64,000 bases of DNA from an uncultured Phycisphaerales bacterium. Lineage in GTDB: Bacteria; Planctomycetota; Phycisphaerae; Tepidisphaerales; Tepidisphaeraceae. Each line of letters starts with the position of its first letter. The first letter of the stretch is position 1. A program made the translations under genes and the position numbers. Shown piece by piece: positions 62,423 through 64,000 of this stretch. Where the stretch lies: NCBI GenBank assembly GCA_963758525.1, contig CAVWVQ010000002.1:1-64000 (forward strand), given 5' to 3'. The notes beneath the pieces were generated by a model that did no database searches, had not been told where the DNA came from, and saw nothing but the letters and a program-made list of their open reading frames with translations.

Positions 62423-64000
62423 ATGCCCAGCGATTTAGTTCCACCCGTTGCCCCCTGTTTCCTCACGCACAACCTCGCGCTGGGCGGCGCGCAGACCGCG
62501 GTTCTCCGGCTTATTAGCGCACTGCCAGCTTGGGCAAGGGAGCGGACCACTTTATATAGCCAGAGCGCCGAAATGCCGTTGCTCGAAGCGGCGGTCAGGA
62601 AACATGGCTTCTCCGTCGGCCATGTCACGAACCAGCCCCCGCCAGATCCTTCCTGTTGGGTGGTGAGCTACGGCAACATTGCGGATCTGGTGCCACGACC
62701 CACTTCGTTGATTCTTCATTCATGGGATGATGCTGGATGGCGCTACGTGACCAGCGCCTACGGCTCGCTTCGCGGGGCGAACGTCGCCGCGGTGTCGCGG
62801 CAGGTTTTGGATCGCTATCGGCCTTGGATCACTGGCAACGCGCATCAGATCGCAGGCATCCTTCCACCCCCGGTGACAGAGTGGTGCATTGCGCGAGGCC
62901 GGCCGCTGCGCGACCGGCTCAACGTCGGCTGGATGGGCCGCCCGCTGGAGTCGAAGGGTTTGCTGAGCCTCCCCTATTTGCTGAAACTTGAGCCGCGGAT
63001 GGTGATCCGCGCCTGGACTGGCGCCCAGACCGGCGGTTCGCCGCATGCCATGAAGGAGCAGGCCGCGACCATGGACGCCCTGGTCAGGCTGGCCGCAAAA
63101 TTGAAGGTGACAAATCGGCTCGACCTGCGCCCGCTCGATTTCGATCCATTCTCCTGCAGGCACCGGCTTGAGGGAATCGACGTGCTGCTGGGCAACAGCC
63201 GGCAGGAGGGATTTCTGCTCACTGCCGCCGAGGCGCTCAGTTGCGGCATTCCCGTGGTCGTCACGCGAAGCTGCGGCATAGCCGATCTGATCCGCGAAGG
63301 CGTCAACGGCTGCCTGATCGACTGGGATGATAATCCCAAACGGCTTGCCGCCGCGTCGCTCGACGCGCTGCGAAGGGCCGCGTCCCTCGACTCCTTCGCA
63401 TGCCTGCGCAGCGCGCGGGAACTCTCGCTCTCCGCGGGATATCGTCACGCCCACGGCCAGACGCTTGCCTCGCTCACGCACACATCGCTGCAATCCTTGA
63501 CGCCGCGAATTACGGTCGGCGTTCGCATCCACCACGGCACGCGCGTTGAATGCCTCGACCAGGCGATCAGCAGTTTGGCGCTGCAAACGTATCGTCACTT
63601 CAAGACGATACTGCTTGTCGACGGGCCCTGGGAGTGGGGCCAGATGCTCGCCGAACGATATGATTTGCCCCTCCTCTGCACGGGGACCAGCGCGGATATC
63701 ACCCATTGCAGCGCGCTGCACCGCCAGGCGCTGGCCGCGTGTGACACTGAATTCTACAAGCCGTTGGATTACGACGATCAGCTTCTGCCAGACTATCTCG
63801 CGCGCGCCGTGGAGACGCTGGACTGGAGCGGCGCGGATGTCTATGGCTGTCTGCTCTGGACGCTCGAAGACGGGGAACTGTCCGAGCGCCGCTGGCCCCA
63901 CAAGCCGCTGGAAACGATGTTCACCGGCAATTCCGACGACAACATGCTGCCGCACTCTTCGGTTTTAATGAAAACGTCGATCGTTCGCGCGGCAGGGAAC
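62423..64000 (+). CDS. Bifunctional glycosyltransferase (GT4-like + GT2-like), 3' end runs off the window
   Basis: Not in ORF track (no stop). THNLALGGAQ, GWMGRPLESKG, SRQEGFLLTAAEALSCGIPVV (E-X7-E), then LDQAISSLALQTY..LLVDG, PLDYDDQL.P.YL. Confidence 0.85.
   Translation, partial: MPSDLVPPVAPCFLTHNLALGGAQTAVLRLISALPAWARERTTLYSQSAEMPLLEAAVRKHGFSVGHVTNQPPPDPSCWVVSYGNIADLVPRPTSLILHSWDDAGWRYVTSAYGSLRGANVAAVSRQVLDRYRPWITGNAHQIAGILPPPVTEWCIARGRPLRDRLNVGWMGRPLESKGLLSLPYLLKLEPRMVIRAWTGAQTGGSPHAMKEQAATMDALVRLAAKLKVTNRLDLRPLDFDPFSCRHRLEGIDVLLGNSRQEGFLLTAAEALSCGIPVVVTRSCGIADLIREGVNGCLIDWDDNPKRLAAASLDALRRAASLDSFACLRSARELSLSAGYRHAHGQTLASLTHTSLQSLTPRITVGVRIHHGTRVECLDQAISSLALQTYRHFKTILLVDGPWEWGQMLAERYDLPLLCTGTSADITHCSALHRQALAACDTEFYKPLDYDDQLLPDYLARAVETLDWSGADVYGCLLWTLEDGELSERRWPHKPLETMFTGNSDDNMLPHSSVLMKTSIVRAAGN

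Noticed and set aside
62720..63955. 411-aa minus-strand ORF
   Set aside because: Shadow of the plus-strand glycosyltransferase, which has clear motifs.

Overview
GC-rich bacterial chromosome segment, most likely Planctomycetota (Phycisphaerae/Tepidisphaera-like), inferred from prepilin/H-X9-DG (DUF1559-type) proteins, a PEP-CTERM autotransporter-repeat giant and a XylR-type regulator. 1-19.6 kb is a minus-strand, PUL-like secreted-enzyme/adhesin cluster: alginate-lyase-family protein, conserved partner protein, prepilin-like protein, 2-hydroxyacid dehydrogenase, a ~3200-aa PEP-CTERM protein, XylR and two secreted unknowns, interrupted by a degenerate four-helix-bundle gene inside inverted 7-mer arms. 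The rest is largely housekeeping (cysH, proC, trxB, leuB, miaA, hsp20, queG/queE/queD, rluD, tatA, pyrD, OYE, desaturase, AsmA/DUF748 giant, GT4-GT2 fusion) plus a PIN toxin-antitoxin pair. Intergenic DNA is unusually full of small palindromic elements: two identical, inverted 143-bp MITE-like elements each wrapping a GTAG REP doublet, two other REP families, 7-mer-arm hairpins, a nested hairpin and CCCTCTCCC-type elements, one of which is translated in frame inside an enzyme. A chimeric actA-like/coxIII-like remnant at 62.1-62.3 kb looks like the scar of a deleted respiratory operon. About 13 genes carry apparent frameshifts, mostly at GCGC contexts; these are probably long-read consensus errors, possibly methylation-linked. 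No tRNA, rRNA, CRISPR array or transposase was recognised. All family calls come from motif recognition by eye, not database searches.
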